Positions 30,420-41,129 of a stretch of 64,000 nt of DNA are shown here, in pieces (the first letter of the stretch is position 1; each line of letters starts with the position of its first letter). The position numbers and the translations under genes are program-made. The notes below the pieces were generated by a model. It made no database searches. It had not been told where the DNA came from and saw only the letters and a program-made list of their open reading frames with translations. Source of the DNA: Candidatus Latescibacterota bacterium (GTDB lineage: Bacteria; Latescibacterota; UBA2968; GCA-2709665); assembly GCA_965237675.1 (NCBI GenBank), contig OZ250150.1, positions 4,640,001-4,704,000 of the forward strand, given 5' to 3'.

Positions 30420-30492
30420 GATGCTTCCTACGTTCGCTTCGACTCTGATCAAAGTTCACCTCCCTATCGACCCTTAAGAGTCAATCCATCTC

Positions 30493-30690
30493 ATGTAAGG
30501 GAGTACCGGTCTGCGACCCCGAGCTGAGCCGCTGAGCCGGAACCCTGTGCCTTGCCCTGAGCTTGCGGTCCCTGAGAATGTCGAAGGGCTGTCGAAGGGC
30601 CGAAGGGCTGTCCAAGGGTGTCGAGGGGTTGCCCGTGGGCAACGCACGAACGCGCTGCACCGGAACACCGACGTGCTCGGCGACGCGGGT
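30493..30690 (-). repeat. attC-like site inflated by a nested REP cluster
   Basis: CCGGTCTGCGA at 30506, about six left halves and five right halves at 30517-30632; distal arm matches the 33.5 kb copy. Confidence 0.75.
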
Positions 30691-30696
30691 CACTTT

Positions 30697-31509
30697 TCAG
30701 GCGCGCGGCCGTCCCCAGGATACCCGCGTTTGTAAATCGAAGCTGAGATTCCCGGCTTCGTCAGCATACTTGAGGAGGATGCTCGACAACTTGGCGTCAA
30801 AGGCCGCTGCGTTATCCGCTCCCATGTGTTCAACTGACATACTCTCCCGCGAATGAAACGATCCGACGTAGTCCCGAATCGATTGTGAAAAACGAACGGG
30901 GCTGGTCAGCTTATCGCCCAGCGGCAGGAAGTGGTCACGGTTCCGGAGTTCCTGAATCAAATCGATGTCCTCGTAGTGCCGGTTGGTCGAATACTTGCGG
31001 ATCAGCTGAAGCTCTGCTTCACGCCAGGGCGACTCCAATGGACGGTCTCCGTCGATAATGACGACGCGCCCACCCTCCGACATCGCATTCTTGAATCGTG
31101 GAAAGACCACGCTCCACTCCATCCAGTGAATACTTGCGCCCGCTGTCACCAGGGAGTACGGCGGGTTCCATTCTGTGTCCTCGACGCGTCCGTGGGTCCA
31201 TCTGAGGCGTGGATGGTCACCGTTCCGCAGCGACTTTCCCACACGGATCATTTCCTGTGAAAAGTCGATTGCGTCCACGCCTTCCGCGTAATCCACAAGC
31301 AGCCGCGCGATCTTCCCAGGACCGCATCCAGCATCCAATACCCTGCCCGAAGACTCACCAAGTAAGTCCCTGAGAATGTCGTACGTCTCTTCCGGATATG
31401 GAGGTCGAAGTCCGTAGGCGTCGGCCAGGCTTTTGTTCTTGAATCGGGACGCGTAATTATCCCAGTATTGGCGCGGCCTCGCGGAGATTTCTGCGGCCAT
31501 CCTGATCAA
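30697..31509 (-). CDS. class I SAM-dependent methyltransferase
   Basis: RPPYP, VLDAGCGPG, AIDFSQEMI, AGASIHWM. Confidence 0.92.
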   Translation of the reverse strand: MIRMAAEISARPRQYWDNYASRFKNKSLADAYGLRPPYPEETYDILRDLLGESSGRVLDAGCGPGKIARLLVDYAEGVDAIDFSQEMIRVGKSLRNGDHPRLRWTHGRVEDTEWNPPYSLVTAGASIHWMEWSVVFPRFKNAMSEGGRVVIIDGDRPLESPWREAELQLIRKYSTNRHYEDIDLIQELRNRDHFLPLGDKLTSPVRFSQSIRDYVGSFHSRESMSVEHMGADNAAAFDAKLSSILLKYADEAGNLSFDLQTRVSWGRPRA

Positions 31510-31622
31510 CCTCCTAACCTGATCAATTCATGAATTGTCACGGTTAGCTGCTTTATTAGCCAATCAATCAGCTCCGCCGCCGCACAATGGCGTGTCGAGC
31601 CATTGAAGATGCGTGTGTGAAG

Positions 31623-31716
31623 GTGGGGTAGACATTCCTGTCTGCCCTTCTCGTGTTTACGCAACGCTTCGTTTGACTCCCCCTCTCCTCGCAGGAGAGG
31701 GGGCCGGGGGGAGAGG
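31623..31716. repeat. two different REP-like palindromes
   Basis: GTGGGGTAGACATTCCTGTCTGCCC (31623-31647) and CTCCCCCTCTCCTCGCAGGAGAGGGGGCCGGGGGGAGAGG (31677-31716). Confidence 0.7.
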
Positions 31717-31898
31717 TTCTTCTGCCGGAATGCAGACAGAAGTGATCCAATACATAGCGCCGTCCTTTTTCCAGTGGACGAGTCGGCGGCGAGTTTTGGT
31801 GTGCCCCGACACAGGATTCCGAGGTTTCGGATTCAGGTACGTGAGCAGACAAGAATGTCCGCTCCACCTTCCAGGCGTGCATTATTGGGATTTCAACT

Positions 31899-32654
31899 CT
31901 ACATGGTTGGCCGGAATCTGGCTTGAAGGATCCTTTGGGCCGACGACTCGCCAAAGGGCGCGCCACACCCCCTGAGGTCGTCCACGACGCTGTGGTAATT
32001 GTAGTTCAATCTGTGATTCGCCACGTGCCATTCCCGACCATCCCACGACACTGTGGCATATCCGACCCGATTGTCGCCGTCAAACGGAAACCCGGCGGAA
32101 TCGATGATCGCATACCGCTGGCCGCACGGCGCGCCACAGGACGCGTAGTGGAGGTGCCCCGCCACAATCAGATTGGCCTCCGCATCCCCGAGCAGTACCC
32201 TGGCCTCCTCCTCCGGCGTAACCGTCAGAAGCCCGAAAGGATCAGGCTGGAGAACCAGCACACCGGTCACGTCAGCAGGCGTCGCGTGGACGATGAGAAG
32301 ATCATCCTCCGGAGACTTGCCTCCCGGCGGGGTTATCCTGTGCTCAAACGGCAGACGCTTCAGATAGTTCAAACCATCTGATCCAAGCCTCTCTCTCACC
32401 CAGTCCACGCCGTCGAAGGCATATTCTTCATCAAAGACGAACAGGTCTGCGTTGCCGTAAATCGTGGGTGCCCCCAGATTCCGTATCGTATCCAGGCTTT
32501 CGCCCGGGCGGGGTCCGTTCAGCACCAGGTCGCCGGCGACAACCAGACAGTCATAGGGTCGACGCTTGAGATCCTCGAGAACGGCGTTGAGCGCAACGGC
32601 GTTGCCGTGAATATCTGCAATTACCGCAACTGTATATGGCACGGAATCACTCAT
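31899..32654 (-). CDS. metallophosphoesterase (calcineurin-like)
   Basis: ADIHGN, GDLV, GNAD, VHA, GHLH. Confidence 0.92.
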   Translation of the reverse strand: MSDSVPYTVAVIADIHGNAVALNAVLEDLKRRPYDCLVVAGDLVLNGPRPGESLDTIRNLGAPTIYGNADLFVFDEEYAFDGVDWVRERLGSDGLNYLKRLPFEHRITPPGGKSPEDDLLIVHATPADVTGVLVLQPDPFGLLTVTPEEEARVLLGDAEANLIVAGHLHYASCGAPCGQRYAIIDSAGFPFDGDNRVGYATVSWDGREWHVANHRLNYNYHSVVDDLRGCGAPFGESSAQRILQARFRPTM

Positions 32655-32675
32655 TCAAAGCTCGAAATCCTGGCG

Positions 32676-32739
32676 GCGTAACGCGATACCCGCCGGCGGC
32701 GGGGCGGAACGAAGTGAAGCCGCGGCCTGGATGTTATCT
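32676..32739 (-). repeat. attC-like site (64 bp)
   Basis: GCGTAAC ... GCGGAACGAAGTGAAGCCGC central region ... GTTATCT, 21 bp upstream of the phosphoesterase start. Confidence 0.55.
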
Positions 32740-32800
32740 GACGTGGAGGGGTTTCAGAGGTACCAATATTCAGGCATTTGGACAATATCTTCAAGCACTG

Positions 32801-32939
32801 TGACAACGTCCCACGGTCTGCGAACACCGACGGGATTGCCGTAAGTCAAGGCGCCCTTCCACAAGCTCAGGATAAACTCCGCAACCGTAGCCGGGCACGG
32901 TCGTGATATATGATGTGGGATGCATTCAATCGTTAGTCA
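32801..32939 (-). repeat. attC-like site with near-complementary cores
   Basis: TGACAACG-...ACGGTCTGCGAA ... CGTTAGTCA; the right core overlaps the natural TGA of the upstream GNAT. Confidence 0.65.
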
Positions 32940-33413
32940 AACTGAAGTCAGGTCAAGAGCAAGGTGAACCTCGCCGCCAAAGTGACCCTACTGATGGTGT
33001 GTGACACGAAAACCGAATCGCTTGTAGAACTCGATAATGTCAGACCAGGTAGAAGTCGTTTCCAGGACAATGCGTTGAAATCCCAACTCTTTAGCCTCCT
33101 GACAGAGCCTTTCCAGCATTTTTCCGCCGATTCCTCGTCTCCGCAACTCAGGTGCCACGGACATCCTGGCTATCTCTGCGACCTGGTCTGACCTGGGTAT
33201 CAGTGCACCCGAGCCAATAATCCTGCCATCAAGCCAGGCTACCAGAAATGTGGCATCGTTGTAACTGGCACGGATGTCGTTCAAATCCGGATTTAATGTC
33301 GGATCAATTTCCCCCCAGTGTTCGGCAAGTCCAGCTATAATTAGACTCCGGACAGCGTCTTGATTCTCGCTCTCAAATGGCTTTATCAAGATTCGTCGGG
33401 CATCCACCACCAT
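32937..33413 (-). CDS. GNAT N-acetyltransferase with a probable premature TAG at 32988
   Basis: RMSVAPELRRRGIG, LETT, FYKRFGF; the frame continues GHFGGEVHLALDLTSV to TGA 32937. Confidence 0.85.
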
Positions 33414-33489
33414 TTGAGACTGTCCTTTCCTGTTTTGTCAAAGTTACCGAACGGGCCCTGTTCCCTTTCCCGATTCATAAATCGTTTCC

Positions 33490-33572
33490 ACGGTTTGCGA
33501 AGCCCGAGCATGTCGAGGGGTTGCCGGAGGTCAACGCGCGATCGGCGCCGCAGCGCAACACCGATGTTTTAC
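33490..33572 (-). repeat. attC-like site with a single REP unit
   Basis: ACGGTTTGCGAAG-CCCGAGCATGTCGAGGGG-TTGCCG...GCAGCGCAACACCGATGTT. Confidence 0.65.
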
Positions 33573-33594
33573 ATGATGTGTCCAACCAATTCAA

Positions 33595-33933
33595 TCACTT
33601 GTCTTCATCTACCGCGAGATCTACAAGGAGTTCCAACTCTGTCGTCGATCCACGCACCCAGTTATCCTTTTTGAACTGTTGGTGGACGGTTTCAATCTCA
33701 TGTTTTGACTGCTCGACGACCTCATGGGCGCGCTCTATGTCTTCGGATCGCATGTACGAGAGGAGATATACTCCGTCATCTAAAGTCAGCAGGAACCAGG
33801 ACTCGACTTTCATTCCTTCGTCGCGCAATGTAGCCAATGCTTCGTCCTTGCGCCCGTTGATGGCGCTTGCCCATGCTGCCACGCCATCCTCCGAATTCTC
33901 CTTGAGCTTTATCAACTTTGCCTTTACGTCCAC
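33595..33933 (-). CDS. DUF6176-like small protein
   Basis: EALATLRDEGMKVESWF...SKHEIETVHQQFK pattern. Confidence 0.75.
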   Translation of the reverse strand: MDVKAKLIKLKENSEDGVAAWASAINGRKDEALATLRDEGMKVESWFLLTLDDGVYLLSYMRSEDIERAHEVVEQSKHEIETVHQQFKKDNWVRGSTTELELLVDLAVDEDK

Positions 33934-33967
33934 GCTAACCTCAATGTTTTTTGCATTTCATGTAGCG

Positions 33968-34023
33968 ACGGCATTAGCGAACAGATACGGCAATACGGAT
34001 CAGATCTGAGGATTACCGAACGT
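33968..34023. repeat. intergenic repeat family B, copy 3
   Basis: ACGGCATTAGCGAACAGATACGGCAATACGGATCAGATCTGAGGATTACCGAACGT versus 30357-30412. Confidence 0.75.
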
Positions 34024-34104
34024 ACGGAAACATATCGGTTTGACGGCGGCCTGGTACCGGAGCGTGATGAATCCACTCAAGCCCCGTCAGCTTCCATAAG
34101 ACTC

Positions 34105-35421
34105 CTAATCATTCCCGTTTTCGCTTTTCGCCAGACTGGCACAGACCAGTTCTTCATCATTTCGAGCGAACACATGTTTATAGGCAAACGCTGGATGCGC
34201 CCACGTGACGCCGCCTCGACGATTCAACTGGTCGCGCGTCGGTTCGATCAGTTTCGCGCGACTGATGACATTCAGCCCGTCCGGCGACAGCGTGGTAATC
34301 AGAAGTTCGCCGCGCTCATTGAACATCCAGACCCTATCGCCGTTCCTGATAAAATGGATGTTGCTCCAGCGGGCTTTGGGTACCGCTGTCAGGTCTTCCC
34401 AGATCCGATCGCCGTTTCGGGCATCGAGACAGCGGAGTTCCCCGTAGCTATCCACACCGTAGATGAAATCGCCAAGTCGGATCGGAGTTGACATCGTGGA
34501 ATGGAGGGCCTCTGTGTTCCGCTCGTCTTTACCCTTACGGTGCCAACCGAATTGCATTGTCGGCTTATCCGGATTCAATCTCAGCAGCAACGATCCATCA
34601 AAGAAATCAGTGAAAAACAACTCGTTCCGATAAAAAACCGGACTTGCGATCCCGATCTCCATGCGATGCGGCGGAAAAGGATGGCGCCAATACACGCCGC
34701 CCGTCTTCGGGTTGAGACCGACGATATTCTCGGCTGTCCGACAGACCAGGACGCGCGCATTGCCCTGTGTGATCACAATCGGCGCCGAGTAAGATGCCTT
34801 GTCGTCAAGGGCCTTCCACCTTTCAGCTCCGGTTTCGCGGTCGAAAGCGACGATACATGCTCCGGGCGTACCGCCGATCTGGATGATCACGTTTGATCCT
34901 TCAACGATCGGCGCGCTTGCAATTCCCCACGTTGGCATCGCAATATTGTACTCGGTGTTTAAGTCTCGCTTCCACTTCAATTCGCCCGTCGCCGCGTCAA
35001 AGCAGTGGAGATGCCCCATCGCCCCCAGGGCGTAAGCGAGGCCATTGTGAACGGTAACTGCCGCGCGGGGACCTGCAACATATTCAATTCTGTACTCGCA
35101 ATCGTACGTGTAGGACCAGATCAGTTCTCCCGTTTCCCACGCAAAACAGTGAACCCGTTCCACCTGTTTCGGTTTCGCAAGACGGTCAGTAACGTAGACG
35201 CGCCCGTCTGCGACGCTGGGGCCGCTATAGCCGCTACCGATGGGCACTCGCCAGCGGACCGGGATCTCGGGTCCGTCAAACGCTTTCAATATCCCGGTTT
35301 CACTCCAGACTCCGTCCCGTGTCGGTCCTCGCCACTGCGGCCATTCGTCGGCCAAAACCGAAGAGACGGGAATCAACACAGCCAGCAACATTGGCGTAAT
35401 TCTCAATTGGATCCGGTTCAC
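34105..35421 (-). CDS. PQQ-like beta-propeller repeat protein (secreted)
   Basis: Signal peptide, WPQWRGP, repeated D..TG...W motifs, WAHPAFA. Confidence 0.92.
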   Translation of the reverse strand: MNRIQLRITPMLLAVLIPVSSVLADEWPQWRGPTRDGVWSETGILKAFDGPEIPVRWRVPIGSGYSGPSVADGRVYVTDRLAKPKQVERVHCFAWETGELIWSYTYDCEYRIEYVAGPRAAVTVHNGLAYALGAMGHLHCFDAATGELKWKRDLNTEYNIAMPTWGIASAPIVEGSNVIIQIGGTPGACIVAFDRETGAERWKALDDKASYSAPIVITQGNARVLVCRTAENIVGLNPKTGGVYWRHPFPPHRMEIGIASPVFYRNELFFTDFFDGSLLLRLNPDKPTMQFGWHRKGKDERNTEALHSTMSTPIRLGDFIYGVDSYGELRCLDARNGDRIWEDLTAVPKARWSNIHFIRNGDRVWMFNERGELLITTLSPDGLNVISRAKLIEPTRDQLNRRGGVTWAHPAFAYKHVFARNDEELVCASLAKSENGND

Positions 35422-35579
35422 GGTTTATCCTGTCCTTTCGTCCGTCACGTCCATCCGCTCAACGAAAACGATGTCCCCGGCCTTCGGGTCGGCAGGGCGC
35501 TTTACGGACCCGGATGGCCGGACGGTTTGCAAACCGGGAAAGGGGCGCCCGGGACCAGGGAGCGTAGTGATTGAAGCAC

Positions 35580-35613
35580 AAGCCGGCTATCACAGGTTGT
35601 GCCGGCTTTTTTT
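35580..35613 (+). terminator. hairpin with T tract
   Basis: AAGCCGGC-N13-GCCGGCTTTTTTT. Confidence 0.5.
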
Positions 35614-35825
35614 ATCGGGAAAAGAAAAAAGGGACTGGCACCGGCTGCCGAAACTCCCGTGCATATGCAGGATGCGGCTGGTAAGTCACAAACCTCCTTT
35701 TCTCTTCATCAAGGTAACAAGAAGGTGGATGTCCACCAAATCGGGTCAAATCCTATAAACACCAGACGCCGTATGGCGCAGCGTAAATGGGTGTGACAGA
35801 GGGTGTTGGAATTTTCACGAATGAT

Positions 35826-36614
35826 TCAGCCCGACAAGGGCGTTATGACGATTTCATCATTGATTTTGTCAATATCGCAGAATAACAACTCCTCCTCAGT
35901 GTATGAAGCTCTCACCAGAATCCGTCCCGAAGCATCACAAATGATCGAACTTCCCAATATGCGATCTTCAGCCATCGCACTAATCTGAGCAACATAGTTT
36001 GACTGAATCACGGGAATACCAAACGTCTGAGATATCGTCTGGGCTCCGTCGCCACATCCGTCTTTGGTAATGCGTCGCTCCGAATCTATGGTACTTGTCG
36101 ATACCGATGGCCATAAGATCACATCGCTATCCTCCAGGCCTCTACCTTTCACTCGATCAAGAAAGCCAGACTCTGCGCAGAAAACAGAGCCGAAGCGAAA
36201 TGGACCAATTCGTATGGGCGAACGATCTTGCGCTTCGACAAATGCCCACACCTTCTTCCAGCCGTCAACGAGAAAGGTTCTGGCTCCCCCTAAAACAGGT
36301 GCTTTTCCGGGCTGGAGCAGTAACAACGCGTTGAGATAGCCCTTTCCCGATGAATACGGCGTACCGATGAGGGTTCTGACATTTATCTTACAAGCAGCGT
36401 CGTTTATTTCCGATATCGCATTCTCGACGCCTTGATACCAATTGGGTTCTCTAAAAAAGCTGTGCAGGTGAAAATCATAGCCTATTAGCATCATCTCCGG
36501 AAAGACCATTAACTCGGCATTGTGCTCCGATGCTCTCTCCATCCATCTTGTAATCGTTGCGACATTCTCATCTATAGTCGCTGACATCACCGGCTGTACT
36601 GAGCAGACCTTCAT
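35826..36614 (-). CDS. carbon-nitrogen hydrolase (nitrilase superfamily)
   Basis: MVFPEM, YLNAL, SVFCAES (catalytic Cys), GSSIICDASG. Confidence 0.88.
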   Translation of the reverse strand: MKVCSVQPVMSATIDENVATITRWMERASEHNAELMVFPEMMLIGYDFHLHSFFREPNWYQGVENAISEINDAACKINVRTLIGTPYSSGKGYLNALLLLQPGKAPVLGGARTFLVDGWKKVWAFVEAQDRSPIRIGPFRFGSVFCAESGFLDRVKGRGLEDSDVILWPSVSTSTIDSERRITKDGCGDGAQTISQTFGIPVIQSNYVAQISAMAEDRILGSSIICDASGRILVRASYTEEELLFCDIDKINDEIVITPLSG

Positions 36615-37017
36615 TTGTACACCGCCATGGAAGTTATCCAATGTCCTCAAACGATCTTGCAGGCACCTACCCGGCGCAGACGGCTTCTGCGAATGCACCG
36701 GAGCCGCAGCCTGTCGCGTTGGCCACCCGACGTACCCGATGCGTGCCTGCCGGAACGTCAAGCCCGCATGCTCACAGGAATCACTGTAACCTTCCGTTCT
36801 CTGCACAAGGTCACAACGTGTCCGAACCATTCAATGGGATCCAATGACCTATACAGGTTGTCCACGGCCCATGAATGTGCACACGTCACGGGGCTTCGGG
36901 TTCCAGTTTCCTGGCATGAATCCGGCTTGATCAATCCCCCGGGCCGATGACTCACCAGGCGGCGCACCGCAGCGCCGAACATCCTCGACAACCATGCGGT
37001 AATCGCAACTCAATCTG

Positions 37018-37836
37018 TTATGCGATGTCTCTCCTCGTGACAACAAGAAGAACGTGGCTGCTTGCACCCAGGAGAGAACGGTCTCGATCCGTTCGGTCGA
37101 TCATCTCGAGCATGATAGCCCGCTGTCGCGGATCCGACCAGATCTGGTCGAAATTCTGCCATAACCACGCCACGCCCTCGACGGCGACGAGGTCCACAAC
37201 CTGTAAATCTGCCTCCTCGGCCTCACGCGCGATCTCATCAGGGTAGTGGAAATACGCATCGGTAAAGTACCGGGTATTGTCCCCGTTGGGACGGTGGACA
37301 CCCGTTACGAGGTCCTGCCGCACAATTTCAAGATACTCCGGATCCTCGTAATAGCCCGTCACGAATCCATCCAACATCGACGCAAACCGTGAGATATAGG
37401 CCACAAAACCGACGCCGTTGGGTGAAAGCCAATCGGCGGTCCTCCGCAGCACGTGGCTGCGCTCCTGTGCGCTGGTGAGATGGTACATGGGTCCCAAAAG
37501 CAGCACGACGTCATACTTCTGAGACCCGAGTTCGAGAGATCGCACATCGGCAGTTTCGATCCTGGTGAGCGGATTGGGCGCGTTCTTATTGATCGACACG
37601 GCCTCTTCGATGTGTTCAGGGACCAGGTCAAACAGGGCGACCCTGTGCCCCTTCCCGGCAAGCCAGAACGCGTACGGCCCGGACCCACCGCCGACGTCTA
37701 TGATCGACAGACCGGATTCCTTCGGAAGATACTGCTCGATGATCTGTTTCGTACGGAGGAATTCCAGCTCGCCCCGACCGCTCATAAGACGTTGGTGTTC
37801 GTTCTCTCTGCTGTAATGGTCCGCGATTCGATCCAT
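37018..37836 (-). CDS. class I SAM-dependent methyltransferase
   Basis: IDVGGGSGPY, LLLGPMYHL, FTDAYFH. Confidence 0.92.
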   Translation of the reverse strand: MDRIADHYSRENEHQRLMSGRGELEFLRTKQIIEQYLPKESGLSIIDVGGGSGPYAFWLAGKGHRVALFDLVPEHIEEAVSINKNAPNPLTRIETADVRSLELGSQKYDVVLLLGPMYHLTSAQERSHVLRRTADWLSPNGVGFVAYISRFASMLDGFVTGYYEDPEYLEIVRQDLVTGVHRPNGDNTRYFTDAYFHYPDEIAREAEEADLQVVDLVAVEGVAWLWQNFDQIWSDPRQRAIMLEMIDRTDRDRSLLGASSHVLLVVTRRDIA

Positions 37837-37980
37837 TCGGCACCTCGTGAAAATGGTGATCGCGTATGAACTTGACCGAAATCCTTAGCGGGAAATGGGT
37901 CGCAAACTGAGAGGTCCATCTCAATAGGTGAGCGATGAACGTAGTTACGAGCTATCTCTTTGACATCTTTCGTAGCCATT

Positions 37981-38352
37981 CTAATCCTGAACGTTGGCAT
38001 AGAAATTGACGATGTTCCGATCCGGATCCCGAAACCAGAAGGATCGGCGCCCCCACGGTTGGGTTGTCGGCGGCTTGACAATCTCGACATTCAAGGCCTT
38101 CAAACGCTCGAATTCCTCGTCTACGTCTTCAACCTCAAACTCGATGGTATAGCTACCGTTTCCAGCACCCTTCAGGCAACCGGGAGCCATCTTTTCCGTG
38201 CGTTCTGAGGAGTAGATCGACAGTTCTGCGCCGTCCGTCGGAATAATATCAAAAACATTTGCTCCTTCAGGTTCGAGCTTTAAAATCTTCCTGTAGAAAG
38301 CGCATAGACGAGGCACATTTTCAGTTACAATACAGATGCCATTGAACCGCAT
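37981..38352 (-). CDS. VOC / glyoxalase family protein
   Basis: FEVEDVD, QPWGRRSFWFRDPD. Confidence 0.92.
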   Translation of the reverse strand: MRFNGICIVTENVPRLCAFYRKILKLEPEGANVFDIIPTDGAELSIYSSERTEKMAPGCLKGAGNGSYTIEFEVEDVDEEFERLKALNVEIVKPPTTQPWGRRSFWFRDPDRNIVNFYANVQD

Positions 38353-38475
38353 GAAGGTCCTCCTGAAATCTTAGTGCGCATCTTCCGGGCGGCGCGGCGC
38401 CGCATTACCTTCGAATACTTTAAGAACTTACATTAGGACTTCGACGCAAAATGCGTGCATACGTTAAGGCGCAGA

Positions 38476-38546
38476 AATCCCCCCTCCGCATCAGCCGTCG
38501 CCGGTTGGCTCGGCTTCTGAGACTCCCCCTCAAGGGGGGAGTGATT
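38476..38546. repeat. REP-like palindrome
   Basis: ACTCCCCCTCAAGGGGGGAGT hairpin preceded by a C-rich arm. Confidence 0.6.
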
Positions 38547-38631
38547 GGACCGTCAAACGGGCTCGCGGATTCACTTCCACCTATTTGGTTGTGGCTGAAC
38601 AACGCGAAGCCACGATAGGAAATTTGAATAC

Positions 38632-39444
38632 TTACGACTCTATCGCTGGACACCAGTCGGCGGCGAAATCGTTGGCCGAACTGTTGGAGAGATTGATCAG
38701 GTTCCCGCCGTCGGAATCGATCCGGTAAATTTGCTGCCGGCCGTCTCTGTCGCCTGTAAAGACGATCTGTTGACCGGTCGGAGATCATGAGAGTTCTCCA
38801 ACGCCCTTTTCAAGGTTGGTGAGGCGTCCGGGGTCGGACCCATCCGCAGTCATGACGTAGACGTGCCTTCCACCGTCGCGGTCCGAGTTGAAGGCAATCC
38901 ACCTGCCGTCCGGTGACCAGGCAGGATCCCCGTCGTCGCTCTGCGATACGTGCAGCCGTCGCTGCCCGCTGCCATCCGGGTTCATCACGTAAATTTGCGA
39001 TTTTCCGTCACGGTCCGTGGTGAAGGCAATCTGAGCGCCGTCAGGGGAATAGGTCGATTCCAGTTCGCGCGCCGGATGATCGGTCAGGTTCCTCTGGTCG
39101 GAGCCGTCGCGGTTCATCGCGTAGATTTCTACGTTGTCGTTGCGATCAGTCGTAAAGATGATCATCTGCCCATCCGGCGACCAGTGCGGCCGAAGATCGG
39201 GAGCAGAATTGCGGGTCAGTCGCTCCGAATTCCTCCCATCCGCGTCTATCAGGTAGATTTCACCCTTTCCGTGACGCCGGTCGCAGTATGCGATGCACGT
39301 ACCGTCGGGGGACCATCTCGGATGATCTTCCTCCCATTCCGGGGTACGGGTGATGTTCGTCTGATTGCTTCCGTCCGCATCCATAACGAAGAGATCGTAG
39401 GTCCCATCCCGATCGCTCACAAACGTGATCTTCGAAGATTCCAT
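38632..39444 (-). pseudogene. TolB-like PD40 beta-propeller with in-frame TGA at 38785
   Basis: Repeated P.WSPDG..IAF..DRDG; after S*SPTG the frame continues with one more repeat to TAA 38632. Confidence 0.85.
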
Positions 39445-39520
39445 GGCTGTGCTCTTTCAAGCGGACATTGTGGCAATGCAGAGCGGATAACGTCCAGGCT
39501 GAACCAGCAATGAACGGAAT

Positions 39521-40201
39521 CTATGTCTCCAGCTTCCTCAGGACGAGAAGCTCATCTTCCATCAAAGCCTCAAGCGTAAAGTCGAACCGGTCGACATCCA
39601 GACACATTTCGACGTCTCGTGGATTGATACCCTTTTCGCCCGCAGCCGCTGCCTTACGGATATCGATCGCTGCCCTGGACCCGGAAGCTCTCCGGATGTA
39701 TGGGGTCGGATCAATTGCGGGATCTCGAACGAGAGCATCGATAAATTCAGCGCAAGACAGGTCCTCCTCTGCCGTTCCCTCCTCACCTGTTACGACATAG
39801 GTCAACTCATCTGGCGCCGAGCCGCGTATTCTCCGGGCGACTGCCGATGCGCAGACGAAGCCCGTGCAGATCAGTGGTTTGCAATGGCGCACGGCAACGG
39901 CGCCAATCGTTCCGGCAGTTGTCCGTTGCACGATGGTTTTGCCGCGAATATCCACTTCCTGGAGGTCCGCGGGTGAATTATACAGATCGAATCCCTCTGC
40001 GGGCGCACCATCCTTCAAGGCGAGGGACCCCGGAAATTGTGCCTTGATTTCCAGGGCTTCTTCAAGGTCGTCAACAAGAATCATCCTCGACGCGCCCTTA
40101 TGCATGGCCCACGCGGCAACGGTATACGCTCGCATTACGTCGATAACAACTGCCGCACCCGAGACAGACTCACACTCCCCGATACCTACAAATCTTGCCA
40201 T
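39521..40201 (-). CDS. comB: 2-phosphosulfolactate phosphatase family
   Basis: VIDVMRAYT, NSP, TTAGT, EDLSCA. Confidence 0.88.
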   Translation of the reverse strand: MARFVGIGECESVSGAAVVIDVMRAYTVAAWAMHKGASRMILVDDLEEALEIKAQFPGSLALKDGAPAEGFDLYNSPADLQEVDIRGKTIVQRTTAGTIGAVAVRHCKPLICTGFVCASAVARRIRGSAPDELTYVVTGEEGTAEEDLSCAEFIDALVRDPAIDPTPYIRRASGSRAAIDIRKAAAAGEKGINPRDVEMCLDVDRFDFTLEALMEDELLVLRKLET

Positions 40202-40213
40202 GGAATATCCGCC

Positions 40214-41050
40214 TCACTTTTCATGTGGTTTGCTATGGGATTGAAATTGATCGAACTCCGGATAGGGGTTCTCCCAGAGCTTGACTCCCCCTACCCAGGT
40301 TACATGGTGTGTGGTCACGATCTCGCCGGATGATGTGGTATTGCGTTCATCGAACAGCTTCAGACGAGGGTCATCGTAGCGAGGAACGGATCCGCCGCCC
40401 CAGGCCCAGATGGAACATTGAAACTGGAGCCATTCGTAGACATCCGGATAGATTCGCTTCTCGATGACGTCGGCTGCAAATCGAATCCCTACGCCGTTCC
40501 TTTCCATGGAGACGCGCATCTGGTCCTGAACGGTGATCATCTGGCTCAGCCGTGTATTGTCGCCAAAAACCTCGCCCACCTCCTGATGGTGCAGTTCTCC
40601 TATCAGTTCACAGAAGATGAGACCTCCCGGCTTCAGGACTCGCAATGCGGCCTGTACTCCGAAACTGTCATACCCGATCGGTGCCCGTTCGGAGTAGACA
40701 AAGTCAAACGATTCCGGCTCCAGGGATTCTCCTTCCGCAAGGAAGTCCAGAAGCCTGAACTCTACGTTCCCTGCCTTCATCGTTCTCAGGGCCTCTTCAG
40801 CCAGTTCTATATGGCTGGGGTCGTTGTCGACACCGAGAGCTGAGTCAAAGCGATCGGCATTCTGTACCAGAGTCCCGCCGTTCCCACAACCGATATCCAG
40901 GACTCGCATCTCAGGGCGAAACTGCGACGCAATAATTTCCCTTGCCCGAGGCGCGATGTTTCCATCAGTGCGGCATTTCGCCGGCCGCGAGCCGTAATAG
41001 GAGTGTTCCTGATTCAGAATCGACTTCAGGCGATCTTCGTCAAGATCCAC
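40214..41050 (-). CDS. class I SAM-dependent methyltransferase
   Basis: VLDIGCGNG, ESFDFVYS, RVLKPGG. Confidence 0.9.
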   Translation of the reverse strand: MDLDEDRLKSILNQEHSYYGSRPAKCRTDGNIAPRAREIIASQFRPEMRVLDIGCGNGGTLVQNADRFDSALGVDNDPSHIELAEEALRTMKAGNVEFRLLDFLAEGESLEPESFDFVYSERAPIGYDSFGVQAALRVLKPGGLIFCELIGELHHQEVGEVFGDNTRLSQMITVQDQMRVSMERNGVGIRFAADVIEKRIYPDVYEWLQFQCSIWAWGGGSVPRYDDPRLKLFDERNTTSSGEIVTTHHVTWVGGVKLWENPYPEFDQFQSHSKPHEK

Positions 41051-41129
41051 AGATAGGACCTCCGTTCATCGACGGAATACCTGTCGCGTGTACGCTCGGA
41101 CGACGTCGTTTTCCCCTGGTTGGCATTAC

